Below are positions 9,325 to 20,154 of a stretch of DNA of 62,665 bases, one piece after another. The DNA is from Verrucomicrobiia bacterium (GTDB lineage: Bacteria; Verrucomicrobiota; Verrucomicrobiia; Palsa-1439). The stretch is taken from NCBI GenBank assembly GCA_050008795.1, contig JBEKLX010000002.1:1-62665 (forward strand), given 5' to 3'. A model generated the notes under the pieces. It was given only the letters and a program-made list of their open reading frames with translations, was not told the DNA's origin and made no database searches. The translations under genes and the position numbers were made by a program. Every line of letters starts with the position of its first letter. The stretch's first letter is position 1.

Positions 9325-10845
9325 ATGCAATATGTCCATTTAATCGGAACGATCATCTATTTTGCGTTGTTGATCACGTTGGCGTGCTACGGCCTGCATC
9401 GCTATTGGATGATCTATCTCTATTACAAACACCGCAAGGAGACACCGATGCCAGTAGGCCGGCTGGATCCACTCCCCAAGGTGACCGTTCAACTGCCGTT
9501 GTACAACGAAATGTATGTGGCTGAACGGTTGATCGATGCCGTAGCCGCATTGGATTATCCAAAAGATAAGCTCCAGGTCCAGATCCTCGACGATTCCACC
9601 GACGAAACCACAGATATCGTTGACCACAAGGCGGCGGAGCTGCGCGGTAAGGGTTTCGACGTCGTTTCCGTGAGGCGGCTCAACCGCCACGGTTTCAAAG
9701 CTGGGGCGCTGCAAGACGGGTTGCGGACGGCGACAGGCGATTTCATTGCGATTTTTGACGCCGATTTCGTGCCGCAGCCGAGCTTCCTGCTGCGGACGAT
9801 AGATTTCTTTTCCGATCCGAACGTCGGTATGGTGCAAACTCGCTGGGGCCACCTAAACGAATCCGATTCGCTGCTCACGCGCCTGCAATCCATGTTTCTA
9901 GACGGCCATTTCCTGATCGAGCAAAGCGCGCGCTCGCGGTCGGGGCGGTTCTTCAACTTCAACGGTACCGCCGGTATTTGGCGACGGAGTTGCATCGAGG
10001 AATCCGGTGGCTGGCAGCACGACACATTGGCTGAAGACTTGGACCTGAGCTACCGCGCGCAGATCAAGGGTTGGAGATTCTGGTTTCTACCCGACGTCGT
10101 CACGCCCGCAGAGTTGCCGGTTGAGATGAACGCCTTCAAAACGCAGCAACATCGCTGGGCAAAAGGCTCGATCCAGACCTGCAAGAAGATGCTTCCAGTC
10201 CTTTGGCGCAGCCATCTGCCCTGGAAGATCAAACTCGAAGGCACGGTGCATCTGACGAGCAACTTCGGACACTTGATGCTGCTAATGCTGTGCCTCCTAC
10301 TCCATTCCTCAGCCGCCACCAGCACCAATCAGGTCACGGGAGGCAATCCGTGGATGAGGCTGATGTTGGTTGACTTGCCGCTGTTTTTTGCGGCCTCGGT
10401 CTCGATCTCGGCATTTTACTTCTGCGCGCAGAAAGAACTCCACGCCCAGTGGTGGAAGCGACTCCTTTACGTCCCACTGCTCATATCGGTCGGGATCGGT
10501 TTGTCGGTGAACAACGCCCGGGCAGTGCTCGAAGCGATCTTCAACTACCGCAGTGATTTTGTGCGCACGCCGAAATACGGCGCGTTCTCTCGCGTCAATT
10601 TGGGATTCAAACGGGAGTATCTCGCGCTGCGCGGCCTTGTGCCATACGTCGAGTTCACGTTCGGTGTGTACTTCAGCTACCTGCTGTTTCAGGCGGTGCA
10701 TCGCAGTCAGTGGTCGATGATACCGTTCTTCCTGATCTTCCAAGTCGGTTTCCTCTACGTCGGCTTGATGTCGCTGGCACAGAGCAGTGTCCGTCTACTC
10801 TTCCGACAGGCACAGCAGGCGGGACTGTCTGTTGCAGGCGCCTAA
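9325..10845 (+). CDS. family-2 glycosyltransferase, processive cellulose-synthase-like type
   Basis: N-terminal TM, D/DxD motifs (QILDDSTD, FDADF), QTRWGHLN, and a Q..RW motif (QQHRWAKGS), followed by C-terminal TM helices. ATG at 9325 chosen over the upstream ORF-track start. Confidence 0.8.
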   Translation: MQYVHLIGTIIYFALLITLACYGLHRYWMIYLYYKHRKETPMPVGRLDPLPKVTVQLPLYNEMYVAERLIDAVAALDYPKDKLQVQILDDSTDETTDIVDHKAAELRGKGFDVVSVRRLNRHGFKAGALQDGLRTATGDFIAIFDADFVPQPSFLLRTIDFFSDPNVGMVQTRWGHLNESDSLLTRLQSMFLDGHFLIEQSARSRSGRFFNFNGTAGIWRRSCIEESGGWQHDTLAEDLDLSYRAQIKGWRFWFLPDVVTPAELPVEMNAFKTQQHRWAKGSIQTCKKMLPVLWRSHLPWKIKLEGTVHLTSNFGHLMLLMLCLLLHSSAATSTNQVTGGNPWMRLMLVDLPLFFAASVSISAFYFCAQKELHAQWWKRLLYVPLLISVGIGLSVNNARAVLEAIFNYRSDFVRTPKYGAFSRVNLGFKREYLALRGLVPYVEFTFGVYFSYLLFQAVHRSQWSMIPFFLIFQVGFLYVGLMSLAQSSVRLLFRQAQQAGLSVAGA

Positions 10846-12530
10846 AATCCTACATTGCCGCTGGCCTCAACTTGCCTGTGCCGCCCCGTCCGTCGTCGGA
10901 ACAATGCGGCCGCGATACCCAGCGCCGTTACCAGCACGCAACCTGCCACGAATACGTCGCCGAATCGTGTGTAGAACGTTTGCTGTTGCGCTCGTGGCAC
11001 CGACAGTTGCCAGTTCGCCGCGCCTTCCGTGAACGGCGCCAGCCGTTCCCGCACGATCCCGAACTCGTCCACGATGCACGTCACGCCGTGGTTCGTCACG
11101 CGCACCAACGGTCGATGGTTTTCTATGGCGCGAAACACCGCGTTGGCGAGATGCATTTCGGCGGCCGGTGACGTCTTGAACCAGGCATCGTTTGTCACGT
11201 TCACCATGAACTCCGCGCCGCTCTTGACGAACTGCCGGTACAATCCCGCCACCACGTCTTCGAAGCAAATGACCGCGCCGAACGACACGTCATGCACACG
11301 AAATAGCGTGTACCGCTGTCCTCGCTCGAAACTATCCGGAATCGGCGTCAGCCATTTCATGAATGGCAACACCTTGCGCAACGGCACGTATTCGCCGAAC
11401 GGCACGAGGTGGATCTTGTGATAAATGTCCTGCAACGTGCCATCGGTCAACACAAGCGTCGCTGCGTTGTAGTACACATCCCCGTTCGCGGTGGGATCCG
11501 CATCGATTGTCCCCGTGAATAGCGGCGCTTGCGCCTTCGCCACCAGAGTCGTTACCACTGCATATGATTCCGGGTCGTACCTCAACGCATCAGGCGTCGC
11601 TGTTTCCGGCCAGATAATCAGATCGGGGCGATTCATCGTCACCGCTTCCGTAAGCACGCGGTATCGCTCCAGAATCATCGGTTTCTGCGATGCCTCGAAC
11701 TTCAGGGTCTGCGGAATATTCCCCTGTACTACCGCCAGTCGCAATACCTCCCGCGATTCACCGCGCTGGATCTCGTGCCAGCCGTGTAGAAACGCCGCGC
11801 ACACCAGCGCCATCGCCACGTAAAACTCCCAGCTTGGCCGTTGCTTGATCTCCGGTTCACGCATCTGCCGCAAAAAACGCCGTAGCGTGAAGTACAGCAC
11901 AAAGTTGACGATGCATACCAAAGCCGACACCCCATACACGCCTGTCACGCTGGCAAATTGGATCAGCGGCGCCGATTGCCACAATGCAGCCCCAAGAAAG
12001 TTCAATGGGAACCCGCCAAGCGGGAATACACCGCGCATCCATTCCACCATTACCCACCCTGCCGCCGCCAGAATCGCCAGCATCAAGTTTCGCAAGGCCG
12101 AGTCCTTTTGGTCGTCAAACACCGCGCTCAACTTCGCCCACCCCGCCGCCGCCAAACCGAAGTACGACGCCATCAACGCTACCAGCGCCACTGTCCCCGC
12201 CAATGCCAGCAGCAGCGGTGTGCCAGCCACAGTTGTGTACACCGTCCACCAAGTCGTTGCGCCGAAAAAAACGAGCCCCGCCACATAACCGCGGCGAAAT
12301 GCGCATCCCACGGCGCAACCTTCCACCGCAAACAGCAGCGGCACGAGGGCCAGCCATGCTGATTGGCTGACATTGAATGGCGGGAACGCGCTGGAAAGCA
12401 GCAACCCTGTGACAATCGGCAGGACCCAACTTCTCATCACTTGGAGGGTTCGGCTCCAACCGAGCTGTTTCATCTCAGTTCCTGCGGTCGGGCTGGAGCC
12501 CAACCCTCCAACTGCGGGATCAAAGCTCAC
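10842..12530 (-). CDS. lnt: apolipoprotein N-acyltransferase
   Basis: N-terminal polytopic region plus a CN-hydrolase domain ([26 protein letters not shown]). The start may be the internal ATG at 12473. Confidence 0.9.
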   Translation of the reverse strand: MSFDPAVGGLGSSPTAGTEMKQLGWSRTLQVMRSWVLPIVTGLLLSSAFPPFNVSQSAWLALVPLLFAVEGCAVGCAFRRGYVAGLVFFGATTWWTVYTTVAGTPLLLALAGTVALVALMASYFGLAAAGWAKLSAVFDDQKDSALRNLMLAILAAAGWVMVEWMRGVFPLGGFPLNFLGAALWQSAPLIQFASVTGVYGVSALVCIVNFVLYFTLRRFLRQMREPEIKQRPSWEFYVAMALVCAAFLHGWHEIQRGESREVLRLAVVQGNIPQTLKFEASQKPMILERYRVLTEAVTMNRPDLIIWPETATPDALRYDPESYAVVTTLVAKAQAPLFTGTIDADPTANGDVYYNAATLVLTDGTLQDIYHKIHLVPFGEYVPLRKVLPFMKWLTPIPDSFERGQRYTLFRVHDVSFGAVICFEDVVAGLYRQFVKSGAEFMVNVTNDAWFKTSPAAEMHLANAVFRAIENHRPLVRVTNHGVTCIVDEFGIVRERLAPFTEGAANWQLSVPRAQQQTFYTRFGDVFVAGCVLVTALGIAAALFRRRTGRHRQVEASGNVGF

Positions 12531-15500
12531 GCGTTACGGCCACAGCAGTTCTTGTATTTCTTGCCGCTGCCGCAGGGGCACGGCTCGTTTCGTCCAATGC
12601 GCGGCGTGTCACGCCGTATCGGCGCTGTTGTTTCCTGAATAGCTTCTTCGACCACGCCTCCGTCATGCGCCGCGCCGGGTCCCGCCGTTGAACTTCGCCG
12701 GGACGCGGCTGACGCCGCTTCGCTGTAAGCACTGCCGGAACCCAGTTCCGGCGCGATGAACTGCTGTGGCAGTGCCCGCAGGAAATTCTCGAATGCCGCC
12801 AACGAGCTGGCCGAGCGAAACACATTGTTGGCGATCTCGTTCTTCACACTGCTCATCATCTCTTCGAACATGTCGAATGCCTCGGCCTTGTACTCGACAA
12901 GCGGATCGCGCTGGCCATAACCGCGCAGGCCGATGCCGGTGCGCAACTGGTCCATGTTATATAGATGTTCCTGCCAGAGACGATCGAGCGCGTTGAGAAC
13001 AATGAGCCGTTCGATCGCCTTCAACGTGTCGGGGTTCTCGTGCGACACCTTCGCCTCGTACGCCTTCGACACGCGCCCGGAGATGTGCTGGAGGATTTCC
13101 TCGGACGTCTTGTGATCCAACTGTTCGCGCCGCAGGCCGATGGGGAACGCATGGTTCGCCCATCGCAGCAGGCCGTCGTAGTCCCATTCATCCGGCAACT
13201 TGTCGGTCGGACATGAACTCGCCACGCGCGATTCAACGACTTCCTCGATGATATCGAAGATCGCCTGGCGTGGGTTGTCTCCATTGATGATTTCGTTGCG
13301 GAATCCGTAAAGCACCTCGCGCTGCTTGTTCATCACGTCGTCGTATTCCAACGTGTGTTTGCGGATGCTGAAATTGTGTTCCTCGACCCGGCGCTGGGCG
13401 GTCTCGATGGATTTGTTCAGCCACCGATGCTGTAAATCCTCGCCCTCCTTCATGCCGAGCTTTTCCATGATATTGCCAATGCGCGCGCTGCCAAACAGGC
13501 GCATCAAATCGTCTTCGAGCGACACGTAAAAACGCGAGCCGCCCGGGTCGCCCTGTCGCGCGCAACGACCGCGCAATTGCCGGTCGATGCGCCGTGCCTC
13601 GTGGCGTTCGCTGCCGATGACGTGCAACCCGCCCACTTCCGGCACGCCTGGGCCGAGTTTGATGTCCGTGCCGCGGCCGGCCATGTTAGTGGCAATGGTC
13701 ACCCCGCCGAACTGTCCCGCACGCGCTATGATCTCCGCCTCGCGCTGGTGGTATTTTGCATTGAGCACGTTGTGCGGAACGCCCCGTCGCTGCAACATGC
13801 GCGCCAGCACCTCGCTCGAATCGACGTTCACGGTGCCGACCAGCAACGGCTGGCCTTTTGCGTGCCGCTCTGCGATTTCGTCGATGATGGCATTGTATTT
13901 CTCGCGTCGCGTCTTATAGATGCGGTCGTTCTCATCCAACCGGACGCATGGTTTATTGGTCGGGACCACCACAACTCCCAGCTTGTAGATGTTCTGGAAC
14001 TCCGTCGCCTCGGTCTCCGCCGTGCCCGTCATGCCTGCCAGCTTCCTGTAAAGACGAAAATAGTTCTGGATGGTGATCGTCGCCAGCGTTTGCATCTCGC
14101 GTTCGATGGCAACGCCTTCCTTGGCCTCGACGGCTTGGTGCAGTCCGTCGCTCCAGCGCCGGCCCGGCATCAGCCGGCCTGTGAACTCGTCCACAATGAG
14201 GACCTTGTTCTCCTGGACGACGTATTCGACGTCCTTCTCATACAAGCAGTACGCGCGCAGCAATTGCGAGATGCTGTGGATTTTCTCGCTGCGCTCGTCG
14301 AAGGACTGTTGGACCTGCTGCTTGCGTTTTTCCTTCTCTGCATCGGGCAGCTCCTGCGCATCGATTTCCTGCAGCGCGACCACAAGATCGGGCATGACGA
14401 ACGCATCCGGGTCGTGCGGATTCAGGTGTGTGCGCCCCTTCTCGGTCAGATCGGAATCGTGCTGTTTCTCGTCGATTGTGAAGAACAAGTCCTCCTTCAG
14501 ATCGATCAATTCCTTCTTGCTGGAATCTTTGAGCACGTCCAACTCGGCGCGGTCGAGAATCTGGCGCGTCTCGGGATTCTCGAGCATCTTCATCAACTGC
14601 TTGTTCTTTGGAGTGCCGAGTTTGACCTGATACAGCAGCCGTCCTGCACGGGCTTCGCGGTCGCCGTCGCTGCCTGCTTCGCCTGACTTCTCGCCGTCCT
14701 GGCCTTCGATCAACTGCTTCGCCTCATTGATGAGCCTGTTGCATAACATCGTTTGCGCCCGCACCAGTTCCGCAATTTGAGGTTTCAGCCGGTCATAAAC
14801 CTGTGATTGCGTGGTTACCGTGGACGGCCCGCTGATGATCAAGGGCGTGCGCGCCTCGTCGATAAGAATCGAGTCTACTTCATCCACAATGGTGTAGAAA
14901 TGCCCGCGCTGGACTTGTGTATCTGCGCTGGTGGCCATGCCGTTGTCCCGCAGATAATCGAATCCGAACTCAGCATTCGTGCCGTACGTGATGTCGCAAG
15001 TGTATTGCTCGCGACGAATCTGCGGTGATTGGTCGTGCTGAATGATGCCCACGGTCAGCCCGAGGAACTTGTAAATCTCCCCCATCCATTCGGCGTCGCG
15101 CGCTGCAAGGTAATCGTTTACCGTGACCAGATGCACGTTGTAGCCGGTGAGCGCGTTTAGGTAGAGCGGCATGGTGGCAACCAACGTTTTGCCTTCGCCA
15201 GTTGCCATTTCCGCGATCGTGCCCTGGTGTAATACGATTCCGCCAAGCGCCTGCACGTCGAATGGCACCATGTCCCACTTGTACGGACGTCCGCGGACGA
15301 GCCATTCCTTGCCGAGTAGCCTACGACAAGTATTTTTTACGGCAGCGAACGCCTCGGGCAGCAACTCATTCAGAATCTCCAGCTCCAACTCGTGCGCCTT
15401 GCGCCGAATCGGCTTGGCCTCCTCGCTCTGTAACGCCGCTTCCAACCGGTGAGCCTCCGCCAGCAACGCGGTAATTCCGCGTTGTTCGCGGCCCTGCTCA

Positions 15501-15661
15501 ATGCGCGCCTTGAACTCTGCTGTCTTGGCCTGCAACTGCTCGTCAGTTAGCTTCTGGTACTCCTGCTCGATCTCGCCGACGCGGAGCGCCAGCGGCCAGA
15601 GCCGTTTCAGCTCGCGCTGGTTTTTGTTCCCCAGCATCTTTTTGAGAATCCAACCGACCAT
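12527..15661 (-). CDS. secA: preprotein translocase ATPase SecA
   Basis: 1044 aa. Walker [40 protein letters not shown], and a C-terminal zinc finger [14 protein letters not shown]. Confidence 0.98.
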   Translation of the reverse strand: MVGWILKKMLGNKNQRELKRLWPLALRVGEIEQEYQKLTDEQLQAKTAEFKARIEQGREQRGITALLAEAHRLEAALQSEEAKPIRRKAHELELEILNELLPEAFAAVKNTCRRLLGKEWLVRGRPYKWDMVPFDVQALGGIVLHQGTIAEMATGEGKTLVATMPLYLNALTGYNVHLVTVNDYLAARDAEWMGEIYKFLGLTVGIIQHDQSPQIRREQYTCDITYGTNAEFGFDYLRDNGMATSADTQVQRGHFYTIVDEVDSILIDEARTPLIISGPSTVTTQSQVYDRLKPQIAELVRAQTMLCNRLINEAKQLIEGQDGEKSGEAGSDGDREARAGRLLYQVKLGTPKNKQLMKMLENPETRQILDRAELDVLKDSSKKELIDLKEDLFFTIDEKQHDSDLTEKGRTHLNPHDPDAFVMPDLVVALQEIDAQELPDAEKEKRKQQVQQSFDERSEKIHSISQLLRAYCLYEKDVEYVVQENKVLIVDEFTGRLMPGRRWSDGLHQAVEAKEGVAIEREMQTLATITIQNYFRLYRKLAGMTGTAETEATEFQNIYKLGVVVVPTNKPCVRLDENDRIYKTRREKYNAIIDEIAERHAKGQPLLVGTVNVDSSEVLARMLQRRGVPHNVLNAKYHQREAEIIARAGQFGGVTIATNMAGRGTDIKLGPGVPEVGGLHVIGSERHEARRIDRQLRGRCARQGDPGGSRFYVSLEDDLMRLFGSARIGNIMEKLGMKEGEDLQHRWLNKSIETAQRRVEEHNFSIRKHTLEYDDVMNKQREVLYGFRNEIINGDNPRQAIFDIIEEVVESRVASSCPTDKLPDEWDYDGLLRWANHAFPIGLRREQLDHKTSEEILQHISGRVSKAYEAKVSHENPDTLKAIERLIVLNALDRLWQEHLYNMDQLRTGIGLRGYGQRDPLVEYKAEAFDMFEEMMSSVKNEIANNVFRSASSLAAFENFLRALPQQFIAPELGSGSAYSEAASAASRRSSTAGPGAAHDGGVVEEAIQETTAPIRRDTPRIGRNEPCPCGSGKKYKNCCGRNA

Positions 15662-15697
15662 AGAGATCCTTCACTACGCTCAGAATAACGTTTCGCG

Positions 15698-16279
15698 TCA
15701 GCTTCCCGGTTTCACCACGGGCGTCCCGGCCTGGCACATCGGGCACTGTGCGGGGTCGAACGTCTTGATGTGCAGCTTTAACAGACTCGCCAGCGGCGCG
15801 CCAAAATCCACCGGGCCGTCCGACCGATCCACCAGCGTGCCGACGCCGACCACCACTCCGCCAAGTCGCCGCACGATGTCAACCGTTTCCTGTACGCGTC
15901 CGCCTTTCGTGACGACATCCTCAACCACGATAAATTTCTCGCCGCGCCCGACCTGGAAACTCCGCCGCAACTCCAGCTTCCCCGCCGCGTTCTTTTCGGC
16001 AAAGATGTGACGTAGTCGCAACGCCCGTGCCACCTCGTGTCCGACAAACAGTCCGCCTAAAGCGGGCGATATCACCGTTTGCGCAGCTGTCGAGGGAAGT
16101 TTTGCGGCCAGTGCTGCACATAAACGCTCAGCATGATGCGGATACTGCAGGACCAGCGCGCACTGGAAATATTGGTTGCTGTGCAAGCCCGACCGCAGCA
16201 GGAAGTGTCCTTCCAAAAGGGCGTTCGTCTTGCGGAAAATCTGGAGAACTTCAGTGTCGGTCACGTTGTCACCACCCAC
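15698..16279 (-). CDS. pyrE: orotate phosphoribosyltransferase
   Basis: PRPP-binding motif FIVVEDVVTKGG. Length and layout fit short PyrE. Confidence 0.9.
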   Translation of the reverse strand: MGGDNVTDTEVLQIFRKTNALLEGHFLLRSGLHSNQYFQCALVLQYPHHAERLCAALAAKLPSTAAQTVISPALGGLFVGHEVARALRLRHIFAEKNAAGKLELRRSFQVGRGEKFIVVEDVVTKGGRVQETVDIVRRLGGVVVGVGTLVDRSDGPVDFGAPLASLLKLHIKTFDPAQCPMCQAGTPVVKPGS

Positions 16280-17655
16280 TTCGGATCCGGCTTGCTGGCG
16301 CGCTCAACTTCACGGCGCTTGGCTTCGTATCCTTTGCGGCCCATCAGCCCGTAGGTGAAAGTTTTTTCCAGTTCCACGCTGGGCTGATCGAACGCGTTAA
16401 TGTTATAAAGCTCGCCCGCATAGGCTGTCTGCATCTCCAGCAGATAAAGGAGCGCGCCGACGCTGCGTTCGCACACGTGCTTCAACCTAATCGCGCAGTT
16501 CGGCCTGCCGTTCCTCGTCAGCGCCAGCTCGGTCGCTTTCTGCTCGGCATTGAGCAACTCGTTCATCGTGTGCCCACCGAGATATTTTATCGCCTCATAC
16601 TCAGGGAATGCGGGCGGGATCGTCACCGTCGTGCCGAACTCGTCCACCGTCAGGAACGTGATGACTTTGTCGAACGGTCCTTCAATGTAAAGCTGCATCA
16701 CTGAGTGCTGATCGGTTGTACCGAGTGCCTTTTCAGGCGTCTGGCCCGTGCGCGCCAGTTTGCCCGCGCGATCCATCTGTTTACCGAGGCTCTCTGCCCA
16801 AAGTTGGCGGAACCAGTCGGCCACATCCCGCAACGCATGTGAGTAAGGCATCATCACCTGAATGTTCTTCCCTTTCGCCTTGTCCATCAAGTAATGCATC
16901 GCGGCGCCCGTCAACGCCGGATTCTCCCACAGCTTCTTCGACTTGCAGACCGCATCCATCTCCGCCGCGCCCGCCAGCAACTGGTGAATGTCAATCCTCG
17001 TCACCGCCGCGCTCAGCAACCCGACCGCGCTCAATACCGAGAACCGGCCGCCCACGTCCGTCGGAATCGGCAGCGACGCATAGGAAAACTTCTTCACTAT
17101 CTCGCGCAGTTCGCCTTTTTCGGGATCTGTGGTGATGACGATGTGGTCGATATGTTTTGTCCCTCCGAGTTTGCGAATTAACGCGTCGCGGAACACTAGG
17201 AATTCGCTCATTGTCTCCGCCGTGCCGCCAGACTTGGTAACAACGTTAAACACCGTCTTATCCAGATCGAGCACGTCGAGCATACCGGCGACTCGGTCAG
17301 GATCCACATTATCGAGCACGAACAATCGTGGTCCGCGCCGACTTGGTCGTTCCAGCAGATTATACTCGGGGTGATTCAGCGCCGACTGCAACGCGATGTT
17401 ACCGAGTGCCGAGCCGCCAATGCCAACCACCACAAAATTGTCGAACCGCTTATCGAGTTTCCGCGCCAACTCCGTGACCTCGTCCGCCAGTTTGGTGTTG
17501 TATGGCAGCTTACGAAATCCCAGCGGCGCTTTATCGATGGCGCTTGCAGCCGCTTCAACTTTTGGCCCCAATGCCTTCAACTCCGAGTCGGCGACACCGT
17601 GTTCGCCGATTCGCCAAGCCATCAAATTATTGAAATCGTATCGCAGATTCGGCAC
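16261..17655 (-). CDS. pgi: glucose-6-phosphate isomerase
   Basis: VVVGIGGSALG, GGRFSV, and PGI blocks in the C-terminal half. Start set to GTG at 17655, which is preceded by GGAGGA at 8-nt spacing. The 74-codon upstream extension in the ORF track runs through REP hairpins. Confidence 0.9.
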   Translation of the reverse strand: MPNLRYDFNNLMAWRIGEHGVADSELKALGPKVEAAASAIDKAPLGFRKLPYNTKLADEVTELARKLDKRFDNFVVVGIGGSALGNIALQSALNHPEYNLLERPSRRGPRLFVLDNVDPDRVAGMLDVLDLDKTVFNVVTKSGGTAETMSEFLVFRDALIRKLGGTKHIDHIVITTDPEKGELREIVKKFSYASLPIPTDVGGRFSVLSAVGLLSAAVTRIDIHQLLAGAAEMDAVCKSKKLWENPALTGAAMHYLMDKAKGKNIQVMMPYSHALRDVADWFRQLWAESLGKQMDRAGKLARTGQTPEKALGTTDQHSVMQLYIEGPFDKVITFLTVDEFGTTVTIPPAFPEYEAIKYLGGHTMNELLNAEQKATELALTRNGRPNCAIRLKHVCERSVGALLYLLEMQTAYAGELYNINAFDQPSVELEKTFTYGLMGRKGYEAKRREVERASKPDPKWVVTT

Positions 17656-17723
17656 TTCCCGTGTCCTCCATTCCTCAGATTGTATCGCAGATTTTCGAAC
17701 GCCCGACAACAACTTTAGCCTGA

Positions 17724-17904
17724 ATATTTCACACCTGCCAGAAGGTAGTCGTGAAATATCCACCTCGGGAGCGCCGCGCACGGGGGCGCGGCGCTCCCGA
17801 GGCCGACACACTCTGTGTGTCGGGCTAACCCCGACAATGCGACAGCTTCCGCCGTATTGTCGGCCCTGTGGGCGCATATTTCACATGGACGTGTGAAATA
17901 TGCG
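17724..17904. repeat. cluster of five consecutive stem-loops in the pgi 5' intergenic region
   Basis: H1 17724-17759 (9 bp). H2 17763-17802 (17 bp perfect, loop acgggg). H3 17803-17823 (9 bp). H4 17831-17863 (8 bp, REP family A). H5 17873-17904 (13 bp perfect, loop tggacg). Confidence 0.85.
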
Positions 17905-17980
17905 GGTTAGCGCTTCAAAGGATGCGGCAATAAGGTTGTCGGCAGGTTGTGCATGGCCAGCAGTGTGTCGGAGGCACTAA

Positions 17981-18757
17981 TTACTTTACTTCGACAGATT
18001 CCCCGAGCCGCAGACCGAGCGCGCGGGCGGCGTGACCGCCGTTGATGGCGATTTCAAGAAAACCGCTGGAGCCGATCACTGCCAACAGTTCGCCATTTGC
18101 GACTTCCTGATAGTAATTCTTAACGGCACACACTTCTTCGCTGCGTAGCAAAACCGACGGAGCATGTCGCGCAAGCTTGGCTAGATCGGCAGCAGCGATG
18201 TTGGTAATGGCGTTGCCAAAATGGTCGATGTAAACGACCTCGCCATGCACTGCACCATCGCGCATGGAGGCTTGCGGCCAGGGAAGCTGAACGTATTTGC
18301 CCAGCTCCACCCCCATATCTTTTAGCGGTACGCCGAGTGTCAGATGCGCCGCCACTGGCGCGAAAACGTCGCGCCCATGAAACGTGTGGCTCAGAGGTTT
18401 GTGAAAATACTGGCTGTGGTCGAGTCGCCGAATCTCCGACACCGGTTCCTGCGCCAACGCCAGCGACAAGATGCCATTGTCCGGGCCGATGAAGATGTAA
18501 TCATTTGTCCGCACCGCGATGGCCGCACGGCTGGTGCCTACGCCGGGATCTACCACGGCCACATGAATCGTGTCCTTTGGAAAACAGCGGTAACTTGCCA
18601 ACAACGCGAACGCCGCAGCGTGGATGTTGCCGCCGGGTACCTCGTGAGTGATGTCCACCACCACGGCCTGCGGGTTGATTCCAAGAATCACACCCTTCAT
18701 GCTGCCCACAAACCAGTCGTCCATGCCGAAATCGGTCGTCAATGTGATGATGTTCAT
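17981..18757 (-). CDS. SAM hydroxide adenosyltransferase family protein (DUF62; chlorinase/fluorinase-related)
   Basis: IITLTTDFG..D.FVG.MKGVI, VVVDPGVGT.R, GPDNG. Confidence 0.8.
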   Translation of the reverse strand: MNIITLTTDFGMDDWFVGSMKGVILGINPQAVVVDITHEVPGGNIHAAAFALLASYRCFPKDTIHVAVVDPGVGTSRAAIAVRTNDYIFIGPDNGILSLALAQEPVSEIRRLDHSQYFHKPLSHTFHGRDVFAPVAAHLTLGVPLKDMGVELGKYVQLPWPQASMRDGAVHGEVVYIDHFGNAITNIAAADLAKLARHAPSVLLRSEEVCAVKNYYQEVANGELLAVIGSSGFLEIAINGGHAARALGLRLGESVEVK

Positions 18758-19116
18758 TGTGTTAGGCTCTTGGATCCGGTTGACGCGCCAGCATACAGAA
18801 CGCGCAAACCTTTGGTCAAACAAACTTATTTCCTTGCCTGCGTCGCGGAGCGTGCGGTTAGAATGCATGGACAATCGTGGGAAGGATGAATCTTGGATAC
18901 CAATTGCCTGATGAACTGTTCCTCATCACAACCTGACGCGGTGTTGTCCCTCGGTTCGAGCCGCTTGGCGCGTAATGCCCTATGGAACCTGGCGGGACAG
19001 GCAATCGCTCCCTGTCAGGTCGCGTACACGACCGCGCACCGAACTACTCAGCAAACAGCCACCCAAGCGTTCGAAGGTCATCTAAAAACGGAATCCGCCT
19101 GACACTACCAATTCCC

Positions 19117-20154
19117 ATGCCCTGCCCCTCATTATCCGAACTTCCACCACCACTGACCGGCAAAACCGGTTGGCCGTGGACGCAAGCGGTCGAACCGCTG
19201 CCGGCGGGCACGTGGCCGAAGATCACCATCGTCACGCCTTCGTTCAATCAGGCACAGTTTCTTGAAGAAACGATTCGGTCCGTGTTGTTGCAAGGTTACC
19301 CCAACCTTGAATACATGGTCATTGACGGCGGCAGCACAGACGGCAGCGTGGATGTTATCCGCCGGTATGCACCGTGGCTTGCATTTTGGACGAGTGAACC
19401 TGACCGTGGCCAATCTGACGCGATCAACAAAGGCTGGCAGCGCGCCACGGGCGACGTCCTTGCCTACCTCAACTCCGACGACACGTATCTGCCGGGCGCG
19501 CTTCGCTGGGTCGCCGAAACGTTTGCGCAGAATCCGTCTCTCGGTCTCGTCTATGGCCGCGTCTGCGTGATCGATGAGCAGAGCCGCGTGCTGCGTGAAC
19601 GTCCTGTCCGACAGGCCAGTCTCGCCGAAGTCCTGCGATGGTCGCCGTCCATTCCGCAACCGAGTATCTTTGTGCGACGCACCGCTGTGGAATCGGTCGG
19701 CTTTTTCAACACCGACTTGCATTACACGATGGACTACGAGTTTTCGTTGCGGATTGGCCTGCGGAGCGAAATGCGATTCATTCCGTATCTGCTGGCCACG
19801 ATGCGCGACCACGCTGCCGCCAAGACCGCGCGCGACCCGTTGAAGCATGTCGAAGAAGGCATGGCAGTCGCGGAAAAATTCTTCACGCAAACGCTGCCTC
19901 CTAATCTTGCGACCCTTAAACAGCAAACCCTCGCCGTGTTCTGCCTTCGCAGGGCGCGGGTGCTCTCCCGACTTGGCCGCGGCGCGGAAGCACGAATCGC
20001 CATACATCAGGCGTTGCGTTTGCACACTGACACGGTCATTATCCGTCAAGCGGCGACGGTCTGGGCGATGAGCGTGCTTGGTTATGGAATTATTGCACAA
20101 CTGCGTCGGTTCAAACGTTGGTGGCTTCAACTTTGCATGGGGCGCCGCACATGA
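19117..20154 (+). CDS. family-2 glycosyltransferase
   Basis: ITIVTPSFNQAQFLEETIRSVL.Q.YPNLEYMVIDGGSTDGS and YLNSDD motifs. Confidence 0.85.
   Translation: MPCPSLSELPPPLTGKTGWPWTQAVEPLPAGTWPKITIVTPSFNQAQFLEETIRSVLLQGYPNLEYMVIDGGSTDGSVDVIRRYAPWLAFWTSEPDRGQSDAINKGWQRATGDVLAYLNSDDTYLPGALRWVAETFAQNPSLGLVYGRVCVIDEQSRVLRERPVRQASLAEVLRWSPSIPQPSIFVRRTAVESVGFFNTDLHYTMDYEFSLRIGLRSEMRFIPYLLATMRDHAAAKTARDPLKHVEEGMAVAEKFFTQTLPPNLATLKQQTLAVFCLRRARVLSRLGRGAEARIAIHQALRLHTDTVIIRQAATVWAMSVLGYGIIAQLRRFKRWWLQLCMGRRT

Noticed and set aside
13577-14686. 369-aa plus-strand ORF, plus several other ORFs of 60-190 aa between 12.7 and 15.5 kb
   Set aside because: Antisense to secA, whose identity is unambiguous. No motifs or SD.
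17656-17877. 74-codon N-terminal extension of pgi (MRPQGRQYGGSCRIVGV...) given by the ORF track
   Set aside because: The extension is encoded by the REP and hairpin cluster. PGI homology starts at LRYDFNN, and a GTG with a GGAGGA SD at 17655 gives a normal-length protein.
17873-17904. CRP/FNR-type site suggested by the TCACA-N6-TGTGA sequence
   Set aside because: The half-sites are in the opposite order to the CRP consensus TGTGA-N6-TCACA. The 13-bp perfect stem fits an RNA or DNA hairpin better than a CRP box.
18834-18864. TTGCCT-N19-TAGAAT promoter-like sequence upstream of the GT2 gene
   Set aside because: The 19-nt spacer is too long for a standard sigma70 promoter, and the site is about 250 nt from the ATG. 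That is not enough support to call it.
19132-20130. 332-aa minus-strand ORF
   Set aside because: Antisense to the GT2 glycosyltransferase gene. Arg-rich with no motifs.
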